From Callorhinchus milii (taxonomy: Eukaryota): DNA of 64,000 nt. Made by a program: the position numbers and the translations under genes. The DNA lies in the NCBI RefSeq assembly GCF_018977255.1, contig NW_024704742.1:43338001-43402000 (forward strand). The letters run 5' to 3'. This document shows, in pieces, positions 13,501-27,065 of this stretch. The number at the start of each line of letters is the position of its first letter. Position 1 is the stretch's first letter. Under the pieces are notes generated by a model. That model saw only the letters and a list, made by a program, of their open reading frames with translations. It made no database searches and was not told where the DNA came from.

Positions 13501-14099
13501 CTAAGCATGTCATCTCGCTTAAGCCCCAAGGAGGCCTTCTTACTCCCCCACCCACCAGAGGACAGTCATTATCTCTGACTATTGTCACAGTTGCCTCTAA
13601 TTGCCCCTCTTAGTTACCCCCTCCTCTGCCAATGTTGGCACATTGGGTGGGTTCATTCTGCGTGAAAAAAATCAAGGGTTTTTAATTTTCTAATTTAAAC
13701 CTGCAAAATGTTTTTTCCCCCTTCGAAGTCCTTTTCTTACACAGTTTCAAAAGCACTAACCTAAATTAGTACTAATAGGATGTAATGCGTTATGTTGGGC
13801 TACTTTGGGGCTAGTATTCGGTTGACTTTGGGATACAAACACATTTTAATTTCTGGCAACCTTGTTCTCAGTTCAGGTTCAAGTTATTTCAATGAAATAA
13901 TAAAGCACTATATCAAATTCACAAATTCCAAATTCACTTCTAAGATATGGTTAACAAGAAAAGTGCTAGGAGAACAGATGGGTTTGCAACTGATCGACAA
14001 ACCAAAATAATAACATGTCACTTTATGGAATTATTAAAAGGGTGAGTGAGAAATGATAGGTCTGATGTGGAACTTCAATCAGTCCATCGTAAACTGGAA

Positions 14100-14285
14100 A
14101 TAATAATTATAATAATCCTTGCATTTGATATAGTACCTTATCACGTCGCTGAGATGTCTCAAAGCGCTTCACAGATATATTGTAAAGTGAATTGACTGTA
14201 TATTTTGTGGGTGAAACATAGCAGGCAATTGCACACAGCATTTTCCATAAACAATTGTGGATTGAGTGACAAAATTATTATTTTT
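14100..14285 (-). mobile_element. tRNA-SINE 3' half
   Basis: AATCCTTGCATTTGATATAG...AAAGCGCTTCACAG, reverse of family tail. Confidence 0.85.
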
Positions 14286-14297
14286 GTTTGCTCAAGT

Positions 14298-14480
14298 GGG
14301 AAGGATTCTGACCTTGTCAATGTAGTGCATGACTGTATCCTGATTCAGTATATTAGGGATCTCACAAGGGTAGCTCTGTCCTAGAGTTTGTTCTTGTGAT
14401 TGACCTACACGCTACTCACGGAGTAGAAATAGCTGAGCCACTAGGTAATGATGATCACAGGATAACATTCAATGTGATTT
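14298..14480 (+). mobile_element. CR1 LINE endonuclease-region relic
   Basis: Translation resembling CR1 EN: VHDCILIQYIRDLTR...LG.DDH; highly degenerate. Confidence 0.45.
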
Positions 14481-14784
14481 AGGAAATAGCACAAGCAATA
14501 ACCAAACCCTAGTCGGCAATTTTAGAAGGGCAAACTTCAGGAATAGGATTGTCATGCTTAATCTTAAGAATTGTGGAACATCCTTAAATTCTGTCTTAAT
14601 TTGGAAGCAGATTCTTTTTAAAAACAGTGGAAATCCATTTTCCAAACGAGGAGTGAATTTAAGTACTGTATTTTCAACGATTCTGCAAGATACAAAACTT
14701 TTAGTTTTTTTTACAAAATAGCCTTCGAAGGTTAAAACTAGGTGGAATTTTAAACCCTACATGAATTTGAAACCCTAAATGATA

Positions 14785-14945
14785 AATAATTCTTGTATGT
14801 GATATAGCGCCTTATCACTTTGTTGAAATGTCTCAAAGCGCTTCACATAACATATCGTAAAGTGGATTGACTGTATATTTTGTGGGTAAAACGCAGCAGA
14901 CAATGCGCACAGCAGTGTCCCACAAACAATTGAGGATTGAGATAC
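14785..14945 (-). mobile_element. tRNA-SINE 3' half
   Basis: Reverse complement of family body and tail. Confidence 0.85.
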
Positions 14946-16533
14946 CCAGATCAACCACAATATACATTCTTCCAGAGTAAAGCTCTCTATACTTTGCCCC
15001 CAACAATATGCCTCAGGGCCAAACTCAGAAAAAGTATGCTCTACCACGCTGATGTGACACTTTCCATTTTCTAGCCATCTTCTGGACTCTGAGTGAGATT
15101 GCCAATTTCATGCTGAATTAAGTGCAGTTTTATAATGTGAGCCAACAACCACTTGGAACTCTATTGAGACCAGACCTCCTTATTTTTTTAAAAAATTGGG
15201 AAGTTTTGTGATCATTTCATGTTGGCTGAAATTGAGTTTCATAACTGATTACAACAAAAAGTGAAAGCAATTTAATCGCCAAAGTACCTTTTATATAGTA
15301 GTAACTGATGTAATCTTTTGGGCAAACAATTTGGAGCAACATTTTGAAAACACTGATGCAGTGAAGTGTTAAGATTTAAATACGTGATATTGAGGCTTGG
15401 TACAAAATCAGCCACAATGACTGAAAACAATTATGATAACAACAGAATGAAGGAATTCACTGTACCACATTCATTTTGTCTGGGTCATGATCATATAATA
15501 CAGTAAATCACATACATTTGAAAATAAAGATAATGTTTTAACTCTAGTATCAAATTCAGTTACATAGCAACTAATATTGTCAATTCCTACCCTTGCAAGT
15601 TATTAAGGCAATTTATCACTTTTATATGGCTCAACACAACAACTTGCATTATATAGCGCTTTCATGGGAGGTAGTGTCTCGTTTAACAGTGGCGGAGTTT
15701 GACGATGGGTCAGGGAGAGAAGAGAGGTGACCGTAGACATGGTCGAAGAGGAAGGCATTTAACACTATATAAAAAGCTTTTGTTACTTCTGCAATGTGCG
15801 ACAGATGAATTGCTTAAGGTGATAAAAACACTTCACGTCCAAAACAAACCTTTTGTATTTTTGAAGTATAAACAAGCACTTAGCAAAAATCACATTTCGA
15901 ATATGATGGGTTGCTGTGCTTTTAATCTTTGCTGTGGTGGTTAATTCCATAACTGCCCAAAATAATAAAATCCTAACATTCAAGCAGGTTATTCAGTGTC
16001 CAATCTGGTGCTAACTCCCCCACTGGAGCTGCCTACTATAATCCCTGTTCTTCTGCTTTGTCACTGTAACCTTTCATATTTTTTCTCAAGTATTTATCTA
16101 GTTCCCTTTTAAGTGCTGTCAGAGACTCAGCTTCAGCAGTTATATGTGATAAGGCATTTCACTTTCTAATAAGCCTCTGAGTAAAGCATTCCTTCTGAGC
16201 TACGCTCTTTCCTCAATTTTTCCTGGTGGTGATAATTCTCAATTTTTCCCTCTTGTGACGGATGTGATGAGCAGTGGAAATGGTCACTATTTACCTTTTC
16301 ATAATTTGGAAAACCTTGTAGATTCTCCCCTTAAAACATTGTACTCCATGAAAAGAGTCCTAACTTTTCAAATCTTTCCACACAAATATATGGAGTCACC
16401 CTAGTGAACGTGCGGTGTGGCCTTTCCAGGGCTATTATTTACTTTCTATAAAGTTTAATATCAGTGTTGATCACCTGCCCCTAATTTATACCATTCACAA
16501 CATTTCATATATGTAGCTTATGTGTTTCGGGAT

Positions 16534-16805
16534 CAGCTGGGTGGCTGAAATATGCGGAAACCGATCACCACGCTTAAGGGTATCCAAACCAATCTGACAA
16601 TTCCACACATACCACCTATACCTGAAAATTCCTGAGATATTCATTGGAATGGAATGTGCACTCTCTCGAGTGGGAAGAGTTCCTGCCCCCAGTGACTGAT
16701 TTGCACTTCCAAGTCCTGCCGATGAGCCAGGCTGGCTGTGCTGTCATCAGCAGTGCCCTAGAATAGGAACTGGACTACCAAGACTGCCACAGAGGGTGGA
16801 CTCAA
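16534..16805 (+). repeat. Unclassified old interspersed repeat, copy 2
   Basis: GAGTGGGAAGA.T.CCTGCCCCCAGTGACTG...CTTCCAAGTCCT.C.GATGAGCCAGGCTG near-identical to the reverse complement of 47540-47610. Confidence 0.7.
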
Positions 16806-16924
16806 TTACAGTGTTAGCTTTTTGTAAATATGATTTAAAATCTTAAATATTCACTTGCAGATGCAGTCATTACGCTTTACACTCTACACTATAAATCCTG
16901 TGAAGCACTTTGGCAACATGATAG

Positions 16925-17250
16925 ATAATAATAATCCTTGTATTTGATATAGAGCCTTATTACATCTTCGAGACGTCTCAAAGCACTTCACAGAATATAC
17001 TGTAAAATGAATTGACTGTATATTTGTAGGCGAAATGCGGCAGCCAATTGCATACAGCAGTGTCCCACAAAAAATCATGAATTGAAGTGAACAATTTATT
17101 ATTTTTTATTTGCTATTGTTAAGTTATTGTTTTTTTCTTGAGGGATTATTATCAGGCTTGTGGAGTAAGGAAACTTATCTAAGATTTTGCCCTGCTGGGC
17201 ATCAAACCCAGGTCTCTCGCTTGCTCTAACCACTGAACTACAGGGCTCCT
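16925..17250 (-). mobile_element. tRNA-derived SINE, near full length
   Basis: Tail at left; head (CTCTAACCACTGAACTACAGG) at right. Confidence 0.88.
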
Positions 17251-18349
17251 GTAAGATGCTATATCAGATGCAAGAATCATTATTTTTTATTATTGTTAAA
17301 ATATATTTATTGTGATGCACAACAGGTTTTGTTTTTTATTACTTTGTTTCCTTTTATTCTGGCCTTAACCATATCCAAATTCTACTGCAAAAAAAAACTG
17401 TTTTTTTAATTTCTGATTTCTGTTTATACCATTACATTGAGACTAATGACAATTGATTTGATGAAGCTGTTAAACTGATAAAGTATAAATTTCTGTACTG
17501 AAGACTTTGAGACTAATCATTAGAAACTTTAATTGCTCTGAATACAAAGACTAAAACAACTAGTATTTGAATCTTGAAACTTTGATAATTTAGGAAGTAC
17601 ATCAATTAATGAATGTTCTAGGTGTTTCATACATTTGGAAATATATGTAAATTTAAGATCATTATTCCAATCATATTCCATTGTATTTAATCTCCCTCAG
17701 GGAAGACAAAACATTTGCTAAACCTTCAATGGTAACTCCTGGGTTTGAAAACAATTATACCAAATGCAAAGATAATTATAATTTTGGTGTTCCAAAATTT
17801 TTAATTTTCACAATTTTCGTTTCACCCACAAAAATACTGTAAAGTGTACATTATGGGTGAACAACAATCTGGGGGATTATTGGCCAAGATAGGACTTGGA
17901 TCCTTCAGAAACTCCCTTAAATGTAGACATTTAGACACAATGATACAAAGTAATTGACAGATTCCTAAATGTAGATTATCAGAAATAATTGTCTGTCACA
18001 TAGCTGTAATATTCATAAACAGCAATGACCTCTTTAACCTTATTCTGTCAATTGAACATTTATTTATGTTATTTTACAATCTGATTATGTTATTCAGTTT
18101 GAATGGCTAGGTCGTTGAGTTAAATCTAATTGAGAATGACACAGAATAGTATTATATTTGAAGGATATTAATTTTTCTAATGCAATGCACAGTGTTATTT
18201 CAGCAGCCGGCTGGCACAGCACATTGGTTTTCTAATGCAATCGGCCACTGAATGGCAAAACGATTTATGCCCACAATTCACCCACATAGTGAGTTCCTAA
18301 TCAAGGCCAGGCTACAGAAGAGGCACCAACCAGAAGCAAGAACAACCCA

Positions 18350-18715
18350 TAATAATAATAATAATCCTTGCATTTGATATAGCGCTTTTCACGTCTTCTC
18401 GATGTCTCAAAGTCCTTCACAGAATAGACTGTAAAATATGTATTTTGTGGGCGAAACGCTGCATTCAATTGCACACAAAAGTGTCCCACAAACAGTCGTG
18501 GCTTGAGTGACTAAATTATTAACATTATTTATTTATTTTAAAGGGATTATTATCCCAGAAAAGCAATTCGCCAATCGACTAACAACCAGGTTCCTAATTA
18601 CTGCTTGATAAACAGAGGAGTGTGGAGTAAGGAAACTTGCCCAATGTTTCGCCCTACCCGGAATCGAACTCAGGTCCTCTTGCTTGCGAGGCGAGTGCTC
18701 TAAACCAATGCAGAG
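18350..18715 (-). mobile_element. tRNA-derived SINE, full-length long variant
   Basis: Tail, body and head (GGAATCGAAC...TTGCTTGCGAGGCGAGTGCTCT) all present on reverse strand. Confidence 0.9.
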
Positions 18716-19510
18716 ACTAGCCAAATTCTTAACTAGCAAAGGTGCACAGTATGTGAGATGTTTTAGAAAGAAGAAAAATAAATTTAAGAAAGCAATATAA
18801 GGAATAAACGTGTTGCTTCTTTTCTGCTTAAGAAATTAAAGGGTATATTGACAGTGGCCTGGGTGCTGAATGCCTCTAGGTTCATTTAGATTTGGAGATG
18901 TTACCTCTTTGATGTAAGGTTTTTGTAAATGTTTTGTCCATAGCTCTTCTTTTACAGAATGGCTGTGTCATTGTCTTTACTGATACATATTAAACAGTCT
19001 GGGTTCGGAATGAAAAACATACAGGTTCTACATTTTATTAGGTCAAGGTCACCAAATCCAGAAAAGAACTTGTTTATTTTCCACATCAGTCACTAGTTGA
19101 TATATAGCAGCTCTGTGCAACATGGACCCTTTAAGAATATCAGCAGATGGACTTCGATACTGAAAGTAGAGTAAACCCTAGCTATTATGACATTGTCTTG
19201 CAGAAAATCTATTATAGCAAATGGCATCATTGACAGGGATTCTTTTCTATTCAAATTAAACTTCATACAGCAGCCTCTGCGCAAACTGAATTATGCCTGC
19301 ACTTCACATCACTATAAAATGCGGTATTTTTCACTCGGAACCTGCAATTGCTCCAGTGCAGTGTAGTCCTGACTAACTGCATCAACCAGGCAATTAGTAA
19401 AATACATCCTAATGATGAATAGTAATTTAAATGGGTCACATGCAAATTGCTTCCCTGCTGTAAGGAGAAAATGGTGCAGGAAAATGCTTCAGGTGAATCT
19501 AGCCAGCTTG

Positions 19511-19696
19511 GCCAATGTGAAGGAGACAGAAGTGGACCTCCTGATGGAAGAGGTCATGAAAAATATAGCCAAGCTGTTGTTTCGGATGGCACATCAAGGG
19601 CCTTCATCCCACTAGGGGATGAAAACCTGGCAATAAACTGTGACAAAAATGAATGCTGAATCTGAGGAAAGGACGACTGGAGACAAATGCAGAGGG
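19511..19696 (+). pseudogene. Decayed Myb/SANT-like DNA-binding ORF, PIF/Harbinger ORF1 (NAIF1-like) type
   Basis: One frame reads ANVKETEVDLLMEEVMKNIAKLLFRMAHQGPSSH*GMKTWQ*TVTKMNAESEERTTGDKCRG, matching the NF..E...L..EV....LF......W......NA....RT...C.K pattern; two in-frame stops (19613, 19634). Confidence 0.65.
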
Positions 19697-20224
19697 TACG
19701 TCAGACACTTACAGAGCAGCCTTGAAAAGTTTGCCACAAGTCACTAGGGAAGATGTTTTGGACTTGCGGAAATTAACCTCTTAATTTGCAAACAGAAAAA
19801 AAGGTAGTTGAGCCACAAACAGAAGAAATTAATCCTAAAGAGAATTAATATTTTGCTTGATTAAAGCAGGGAAGAGATGCAATAGGCCACATAAGATCTA
19901 ATGAAGGAAGAGAGCTGAAGAGCAAAGTGAAGAAGCAGAAACGGATTTGCTAACATTACAAGGAAGCGGATGAATTGCATTGTTTTTCAACATGTTGAGT
20001 ATGGAGAGTAACTCCCCAAGCTTGTGAGCAATAGTTTTCCAACTCTGGCACAAAAGCTTATGGAAAAAATGCTTGCAACCAAAGGGAAACTATCACAAAC
20101 TAGGAATTACCCTCTCTCTTTGTTGTGAAACTGGACAGTAGCCTTAAAATATAAATCCAGCTATTGTTAATGGTCATATCTAGCAATAAATATCCTGTTC
20201 TTCTGTTCACAAAAGAGGAGATCA

Positions 20225-20480
20225 ATGCCTAGTAGTAAATAGGAACCTGGTTGTTAGTCGATTCGCAGATCGCTTTCCGTGGGTAATAATCCTTCCAAAA
20301 AAAGTCACTCAATCCACAACTGCTTGTGGGACACTATTGTGCGCAATTGGCTACTGCATTTCGCCCACATAATACACAGTCAATACACTACACAATATAT
20401 TCTGTGAAGTGAAGCGCTTTGAGACATCTCAACAATGTGATAAGGTGCTATATCAAACCCAGAGATTATTATTATTATTA
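20225..20480 (+). mobile_element. tRNA-SINE lacking head
   Basis: AGGAACCTGGTTGTTAGTCGATT...GTGGGACAC...tail GATTATTATT. Confidence 0.85.
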
Positions 20481-20980
20481 TAACAGCAGTCAGGCATAGT
20501 GCTATAACTGACAAGTAGCTGAAGCCAAAATTCCACCTAGTTTTAGCCTGTGCTATAAATCATTTTGTCTGAAAATTGTATAGGGGATACATTATGGAAA
20601 ATTTTGTGGAAAATTCTTTAATTCAGTTTTCTTTGGAAACCGGTTTTCTACAACTCTTAAGAACTAGCTTCCAAACTACCTGGAATTTTAGGCTATAAGT
20701 AAATTGGACTTCTTAACATTGTTTTAAGATTGTACATGATTTTGCAAAATGCTTAAATTGAGTCTTAATTTGGAAGCTATTTTCCACAGCTATTTTTAAT
20801 TAATGCATGAAATCAGCTTCTAAATTCATTTCATAACTTTCCACAATTCCACAAAATCAAAACTTTTAACTTAATGACAATAACGCTTTGGCCAAGAAGA
20901 GATTTTGGACCTAATTGGTAAAGTTACCAACTAGAGGAGAATAAAATCAATTGGCCTGCTATGACTGTTTTTTGTTTGAC

Positions 20981-21110
20981 AAGCTGGGTGTCTGCTACAT
21001 GCTTAAGATTCAGACTTAGAGTTCCCCACATGTATGCCACCTAAACATGGAATGTTCCCTGTATCTGGAATGTATGCTCTCTCCCCGGAAAGATACACCT
21101 TGCATAGGTT
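20981..21110 (+). repeat. Unclassified old interspersed repeat, copy 3
   Basis: AAGCTGGGTGTCTGCTACATGCTTAAG...CCACCTAAACATGG...GGAATGTATGCTCTCTCCC. Confidence 0.55.
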
Positions 21111-21449
21111 CCACCAGTGGAGCAGCAGCTGCTTACCTCTCTGCATGCCAATCAAGGTGGATTCCAAGCTGTGGATATATGAACTTGCATTCACAAACCT
21201 AGACTCCAGATAACACCTACCAAATCTGTCATACCAAGCCTCAGCGTTTTAACAGACGTCTGCCTTCAGCATGGTGAGAGGAGGTTTAGAGGATAGATTG
21301 TACCATGCCAGCCACCTTGATGTTCTAGAGATCTCAGTCCATGTACCAGACTTACTCGGCACCAACTGTTTAATCCAGGTTCAGGATTTGTGAGAGGCTT
21401 TGGCAAGTTGGCGTGACTACTATGAAGCTGCCTCCACCTCCAGGTCAGT

Positions 21450-21640
21450 GTAATAATAATAATAATCCTTGCATTTGATTATAGCGCCTTATCACGTCTT
21501 CTAGACGTCTCAAAACGATTCACAGAATATCCTGTAAAGTGAATCGACTGTATATTTTGGGGGCGAAGCACAGTAGCCAATTCTGCACAGCAGTGTCCCA
21601 CAAACAGTTGTGAATTGAGTGAACAAATTATTATTATTTT
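21450..21640 (-). mobile_element. tRNA-SINE 3' half
   Basis: Reverse family tail and body. Confidence 0.85.
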
Positions 21641-22394
21641 GGGGGTGGAGGGTAGTGTAAGCCAAAGCCCTCCCTCACTTTCTGTATTCACTTTGCCGTT
21701 TGCCACAAATCCACCTCACTGTTTGATCCGGGACTACACAAATGGGCTGAAGGAAACCCCTCCACTGCATGCCCAGGAGCTCGAAACCATGATTGGTAAA
21801 TTTACTGGTGACTGGGAAATCACCCCCAATGATGCCTTTTCATTTTATTCAAGATTAATGTGCATTTCTGGACGTAAAAGACATCGCTTTTTGAGTTATT
21901 CACCAAAGGCATTGTAGGTTCAGTAGGGCCAGGAACTTTCTGATCTGACACACTTCTGTATGGAAACTCTTTGTTACCTCCTTACTCCATCCACAGTGTA
22001 GCTGGCTGCCTACCCTAAGGTCACTGTGTGTTCTTCCTTTGAATTACTCATCCCCTTTTATTTGGTTTGGTCTGCATTTAATGCTGACCTCCAGCTGGTG
22101 TTAATTACAGGAGAAAATAGCATGTGGTGCACATTTTGTGGAGGTGTATTGTATTATATTCACAGGTGAAAACTGTATACGGAGCAGAAACTTGGAATCC
22201 AAGCAAAGTATTGAACAAAATGCAGTTCAGTGCAAATGAAATTTCCACCATTAAATCCAAATTTATAAATAGTCTAGATTTCCACCAGCACAATTACATC
22301 TGTGTATTTGTTCTAAAAAGAAATGAAAAATAGTGTATATATGTAGATTTATTGTTAACAAAGAGATCTTAAAAACAAATCTTGTATTGGACCA

Positions 22395-22650
22395 TGACAC
22401 AGCAAACAAGATACTGGGCTATATTGCCAAATTAATTGAGTTCAAACCTTCAGAATTTCTACTGAACCTCTGGTCAGGCCACATTTGGAGTACTACCTAC
22501 AGTTATGGTCACTGTGACATAAGGAGACTGTCAAGGCCTTAGAGGATGTACAAAAGAGAGCAACAAAAATAATCCCCAGTTTTAGAGGAATGGACTATGA
22601 GGAACAATTAATTAAGTTCGGACACTTCAGCCATGAAAATAGATGAGTTT
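22395..22650 (+). mobile_element. CR1 LINE ORF2 C-terminal relic
   Basis: ANKILGYIAKLIEFK, RPHLEY..QLWS, ALEDVQKRATKIIPSFRGMDYEEQL: canonical CR1 motifs. Confidence 0.85.
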
Positions 22651-22873
22651 TGGCTTTCAGTTCATGGAGTATATGATGACTTGGTTAAAAACCAGAGGAG
22701 TTACCAAAGCGATATCAATATTTATGATTAAGAATAAATGTTGTAATTAAGAGTAAACAGTCAGTAGAAAACATTTAATCTGATTGCATGGTTAGACCTT
22801 ACCATTAAAATCAAATATTTTCTGTTTGGCTTTTCTTTTTCAATTTGATTTTTTTTCTCTTCTTTATATATGT

Positions 22874-23314
22874 GTCAGCTTGGCTCAGTTGGTGGTCCTA
22901 TCGTCTCTAAGTCAGAAGGTTGTGGGTTCAAGTCCCACATCAGGCCTGGGAACCCATATAGTTCATTCTGGGCACTCCAGTCTAGTGCTGGGGTGGGGGG
23001 GGGGGTGCTGCATAGTTGGAAGTGCCATCCTTTGGATAGAACGTTCAAACAGGGTGTCCAGTTAAACATTAAAAATCCCTTGATACTATTCAAAAAGAGG
23101 AGTTTTCCTGGTATCCTTGCCAACAATCTCCCCCAAATAGGATTGGTCACTCACTTTATGGGGGATTTGTAGGCTATGCTGTGTGCAAAATTGGCTGCTG
23201 TGTGTGCCCAAAAAACACAATCACTGCATTTTATCGTGTATCTTGTGAAGTGTTTTTGAGATGTCTTGATGATGTGATAAGACATTATATCAAATGCAAG
23301 GATTTTTATTATTA
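22874..23314 (+). mobile_element. Deu-domain-type tRNA SINE (SacSINE/AmnSINE-like central domain), full length
   Basis: Head GTCAGCTTGGCTCAGTTGGT...GGGTTCAAGTCCC (A/B boxes); central GTGCTGCAT.GTTGGA.GTGCCATCCTTTGGAT...CCTGGT.TCCT.GCCAAC; L2-type tail. Confidence 0.8.
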
Positions 23315-24753
23315 TATTAGCTGATATGTCCCACCACCATGTCTTGTGCTTTACCTGGTAGTGTTCACAATGAATATTTGAGTAAGGTACAGAAAGGTGA
23401 CAGATGACATGATGCATTGCTATAAAATAATCTCTCAGTAGATGGGAAAGGGAGTCAAAACACCATCAGGAGAAAAGAAGGCAAGAAAGCTGGAGAAATA
23501 TAGGCAAGAAAGAAAGATACACCAATAAATGTTCTCCCACTGTCAATTTAGTTGCTTTAACGTATGACATCAAGTAATATTCCAAATGTGATTCATTGTG
23601 TCATAAAATCCCTTGTAGTACACATTTTAAGAGATTATTGACTCAAATCATCAGCAATTCTTGCTGGTTATCATTTTCTTGAAGAATTTGGCTCCCAAGT
23701 TCTATGACTGTGCAAGAACATTTCAAATATAAATAAAGTAGCAGTAAAGCTTGCCCCCATGCTATTCATACTGGGATGTAGAGAAAAGTAAACATACAGT
23801 ATTTGGCACTGCAAAGTCTCCAACCTCATCAGTATATATAAAAAAAATCTGTTTACGGATTGTGAAAGTAACATTTTCTCATTTTAATTTCCCTGTGGAA
23901 TATCAATTTTAATCAAAAGTTTCTGACCTTTTCTATATGTATGTTTCCTGCTGATCATCATCAACTGTTACAAATGGTACCAGTGGAAACAATCCTGTGT
24001 TTTGTATTATGTTGCTGTGTGATATTGTTTCAACTGGGATTCTGGGATGTGTTACAGTATAATTTTTTTACTAATTTGCAAATGATTCAGTTTTCCTCCC
24101 TGGAGTCCTTCCAGTGCCAATGAAAGGGATATAATGAATGTTACACTATTTGCAATCTTAACTACAAAGTAGGGATGTTTGTGCCTTTTCTACAAGTACT
24201 GACTTGCTCTCAAAATGCATATTTCTTAGCTTTTCAGAGAAGATCACACATACAATGGATTCTGGCATTTTCTGGTTGTCTAAACCATACCTGCAATGTA
24301 TTCAATCAATGTAATAGTTATAGTGAAACACTGGGATCTAAATGGCATATTTCACAACAGCTTTCTTGGTAAGAAATAGCCAATTATTAAACTTATAATA
24401 CACCAGGAGGCAGAAATTCCACCTGGGTCTAGATTTACTCTATTTTCTTAGCATTATAGTGTCCAGAATTTAACACATTTTTAAAAGTAGCCGTTTTGCA
24501 CAAAGAACTTACATCGTATACTTACTTGACCAGCCTTGACGTGGGATACAGGAGGCACATCTAATAGACAAAGCTACTAATGACAATGGATTTAAATGTA
24601 TTACACTGTAGGATACTGGTTCATATTTCCTAGATCTTGAAAATGTAAGGAATGTTGGTCACTGTTCAATTGCACAACTTCTGTGAGCAACCAACTTTAA
24701 GAACATCTGCTTTGAGACCAGAAGAGATTTTGACAGGGAAGCATTTCTTCAAA

Positions 24754-25030
24754 ATGGCTGAACAGCATACCTCACAAATAATATTTCTGAAATGGTGCCT
24801 CTTATCCTAAAAATATTGGAAAGAATATTTGGATCTCATGAGCAAGTGGCAAATATTGTTTGAAATGTTTGAAGTCATTTGACAACAATAGTTGCTCTTT
24901 ATCCTACCATACATTGGATTTGTGGAACCATTTAGAATGTATCCCAGCCTGTTTTGGTTGATCAACAATTGGATTCCATCAACTTACCTGCAGGAAGCCA
25001 CTTGACTTTTGCCAATCCTGGAACCCCTCA
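24754..25030 (+). pseudogene. Decayed ORF of unknown element, copy A
   Basis: With one frameshift: MAEQHTSQII/SEMVPLILKILERIFGSHEQVANIV*NV*SHLTTIVALYPTIHWICGTI*NVSQPVLVDQQLDSINLPAGSHLTFANPG; aligns to copy B at 28253. Confidence 0.5.
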
Positions 25031-26884
25031 GTTTTCCTTCCTCTCAACTTTTCATGTGGCATTCCCTAGTTCTCAAAACAACACCTTTTTCCCCACTACC
25101 AAGGGTAGATGGACGTTTTCAATAATGCAACTCAAAATAGGTAAACATCCATCAAAGCAAAATTCTACTATTAATTTCTAAATAATTTAAAGCTTTTTTT
25201 TGCAAAAATCTTTCAAGTTTGATGCCTTTTTTAAGAGAAAGTGTCCTTGATATATTCAACAAATAATATTTCTTATTGAAAAATCTATCTGTGTGTTAAT
25301 CTTTTTTCTATATTTTTCACAAATGGAATTGGATGAAATGTTTTGTCTGTATGAGATCGCCCTGTACTGTGTTGTACTGTAGTCCTATATGAAATAAAGA
25401 TTTACCGACCTCATGAACTGTGTAATTTTTTTCGACATATTGTCTGCTGTTCAGAGCTTTTGCATGGAAGATTGAGAGGGCTGATAGGGTATTAGTGACG
25501 CAACACAACAGCATAAAGGAGATGATAATAATAATAACAATCCTTTCATTTCATATAGCATCTGATCAAATCTTCAGATGTAGCCAGGTAGCATGATTTC
25601 TGAGGCTAACACTGCACGTCCACATTAAAATTACTCATCCTCCATCCTTGGGTAGCTCCTCCTGCTTGCGGTAGCTGGGTAACACAACCTTGTTGCGCTC
25701 TCTAACTAGTCTATCAGAGGGTTCCATACATGATAGGCTGTGATCAGCCATACTGGACAGGTCTAGGGAAGATGTACACCTCTCCCGGAAAATTTGAGTG
25801 AAACTGAACAGGCGCCTCCCCCCACCACCTTAGGTATGGACATTAACTCATTCAATGTTTGCCTCCTGGAATTTTGAGCCCTGATTATTTTAGAACTTTG
25901 ATAATTATATATTTCTGATTAAGAAATCTGTTAAGAAATACTGTATATTAGACCCGATATAGTGAGTGATAGGGAACTGCCATCATAAGACACTTCCTTT
26001 AGCAGAGAAGGGGGAGCAATAAAGAACAAAATGTGTGGTGGGAGGGATGGGGAAGGGTTGTACAATCTTCAACAAATCCATCACAACACTGCTGTAAAAT
26101 CTAAATGAATAACATACTCACCTGCAACATTGTTGCACAAGTAAATACAGTTTGTCAAAATAACAAAATGTAGGTCACCTTCTGCATGAATATATTAGTG
26201 AGAACAAGACCCAGAGTACCCAAGGGATAAAAGAGCAATACAATGGCTCTAAATGCTGAGACTCACACTCTGAGACTCAGGTTGAAGAAGCAATACGCTG
26301 GGTTGTCAAACTCTATATAAAATGGGAACAGTGAACTCACAAGGAAGAGAAGACACAAAGCATGGAAGTGATCTGATACAAACTGTCCAATCAAATAAAT
26401 ACCAATAAATATAAGTAATAGTCCAGTTGCCTGGTGGTGCGATAATCTTTGCATTTTCAGTATCACACATATAACATCTTAAAACACTTCACAGGTGATT
26501 ACCAATTTTGCACACAGAAAAGTCCTTACAAATAACCATAAAATGAATGAGCATTTTGTCTGGAGAATTGTTGGCCAGGACAACAAGAACTCCGCCCTTT
26601 GCTTTTCAAATAATGTCAGAGTGGACAGGACCTCCGTTTAACTTCCCCTTCAGAAAAACACCCCCATCAGTGCAACGTAGTGCAGGACTAACGACTGTTA
26701 CCATTTTATGACTGTAATTGCGGGATTTGCTTTGAAATTTCCAGTTGTATAAAAGAGAAAAACTTTATGACCGTAAAGACGATGAACTTAGTCCTGACAC
26801 GGCTTGAACCAACATCCTTCTGCCCCAGAAGCAAGAAAACCTAGCCAAGCTGACCAACTCATGCTGGTAATTCCTTTGATTGTT

Positions 26885-27065
26885 GCCTTTTTAAGATCCA
26901 TCTCAAGACCCTCCTCTTCGACCGTGCTTTCGATCTCCCTGCTCCCCCCTGCTCTCCACCCTCGCCGACCCCCAGCTCGGGTCCGTAATCCTGTCTGTCC
27001 AGCACCTTGGGACGTCCTCCCGACGTGAAAGGTGCTATTCAAATGTAATTTTGTTGTTATTGTTT
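26885..27065 (+). mobile_element. L2 LINE 3' end
   Basis: CCATCTCAAGACCCTCCTCTTCGACCG...GGGACGTCCTCCCGACGTGAAAGGTGCT...TTTGTTGTT. Confidence 0.88.
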
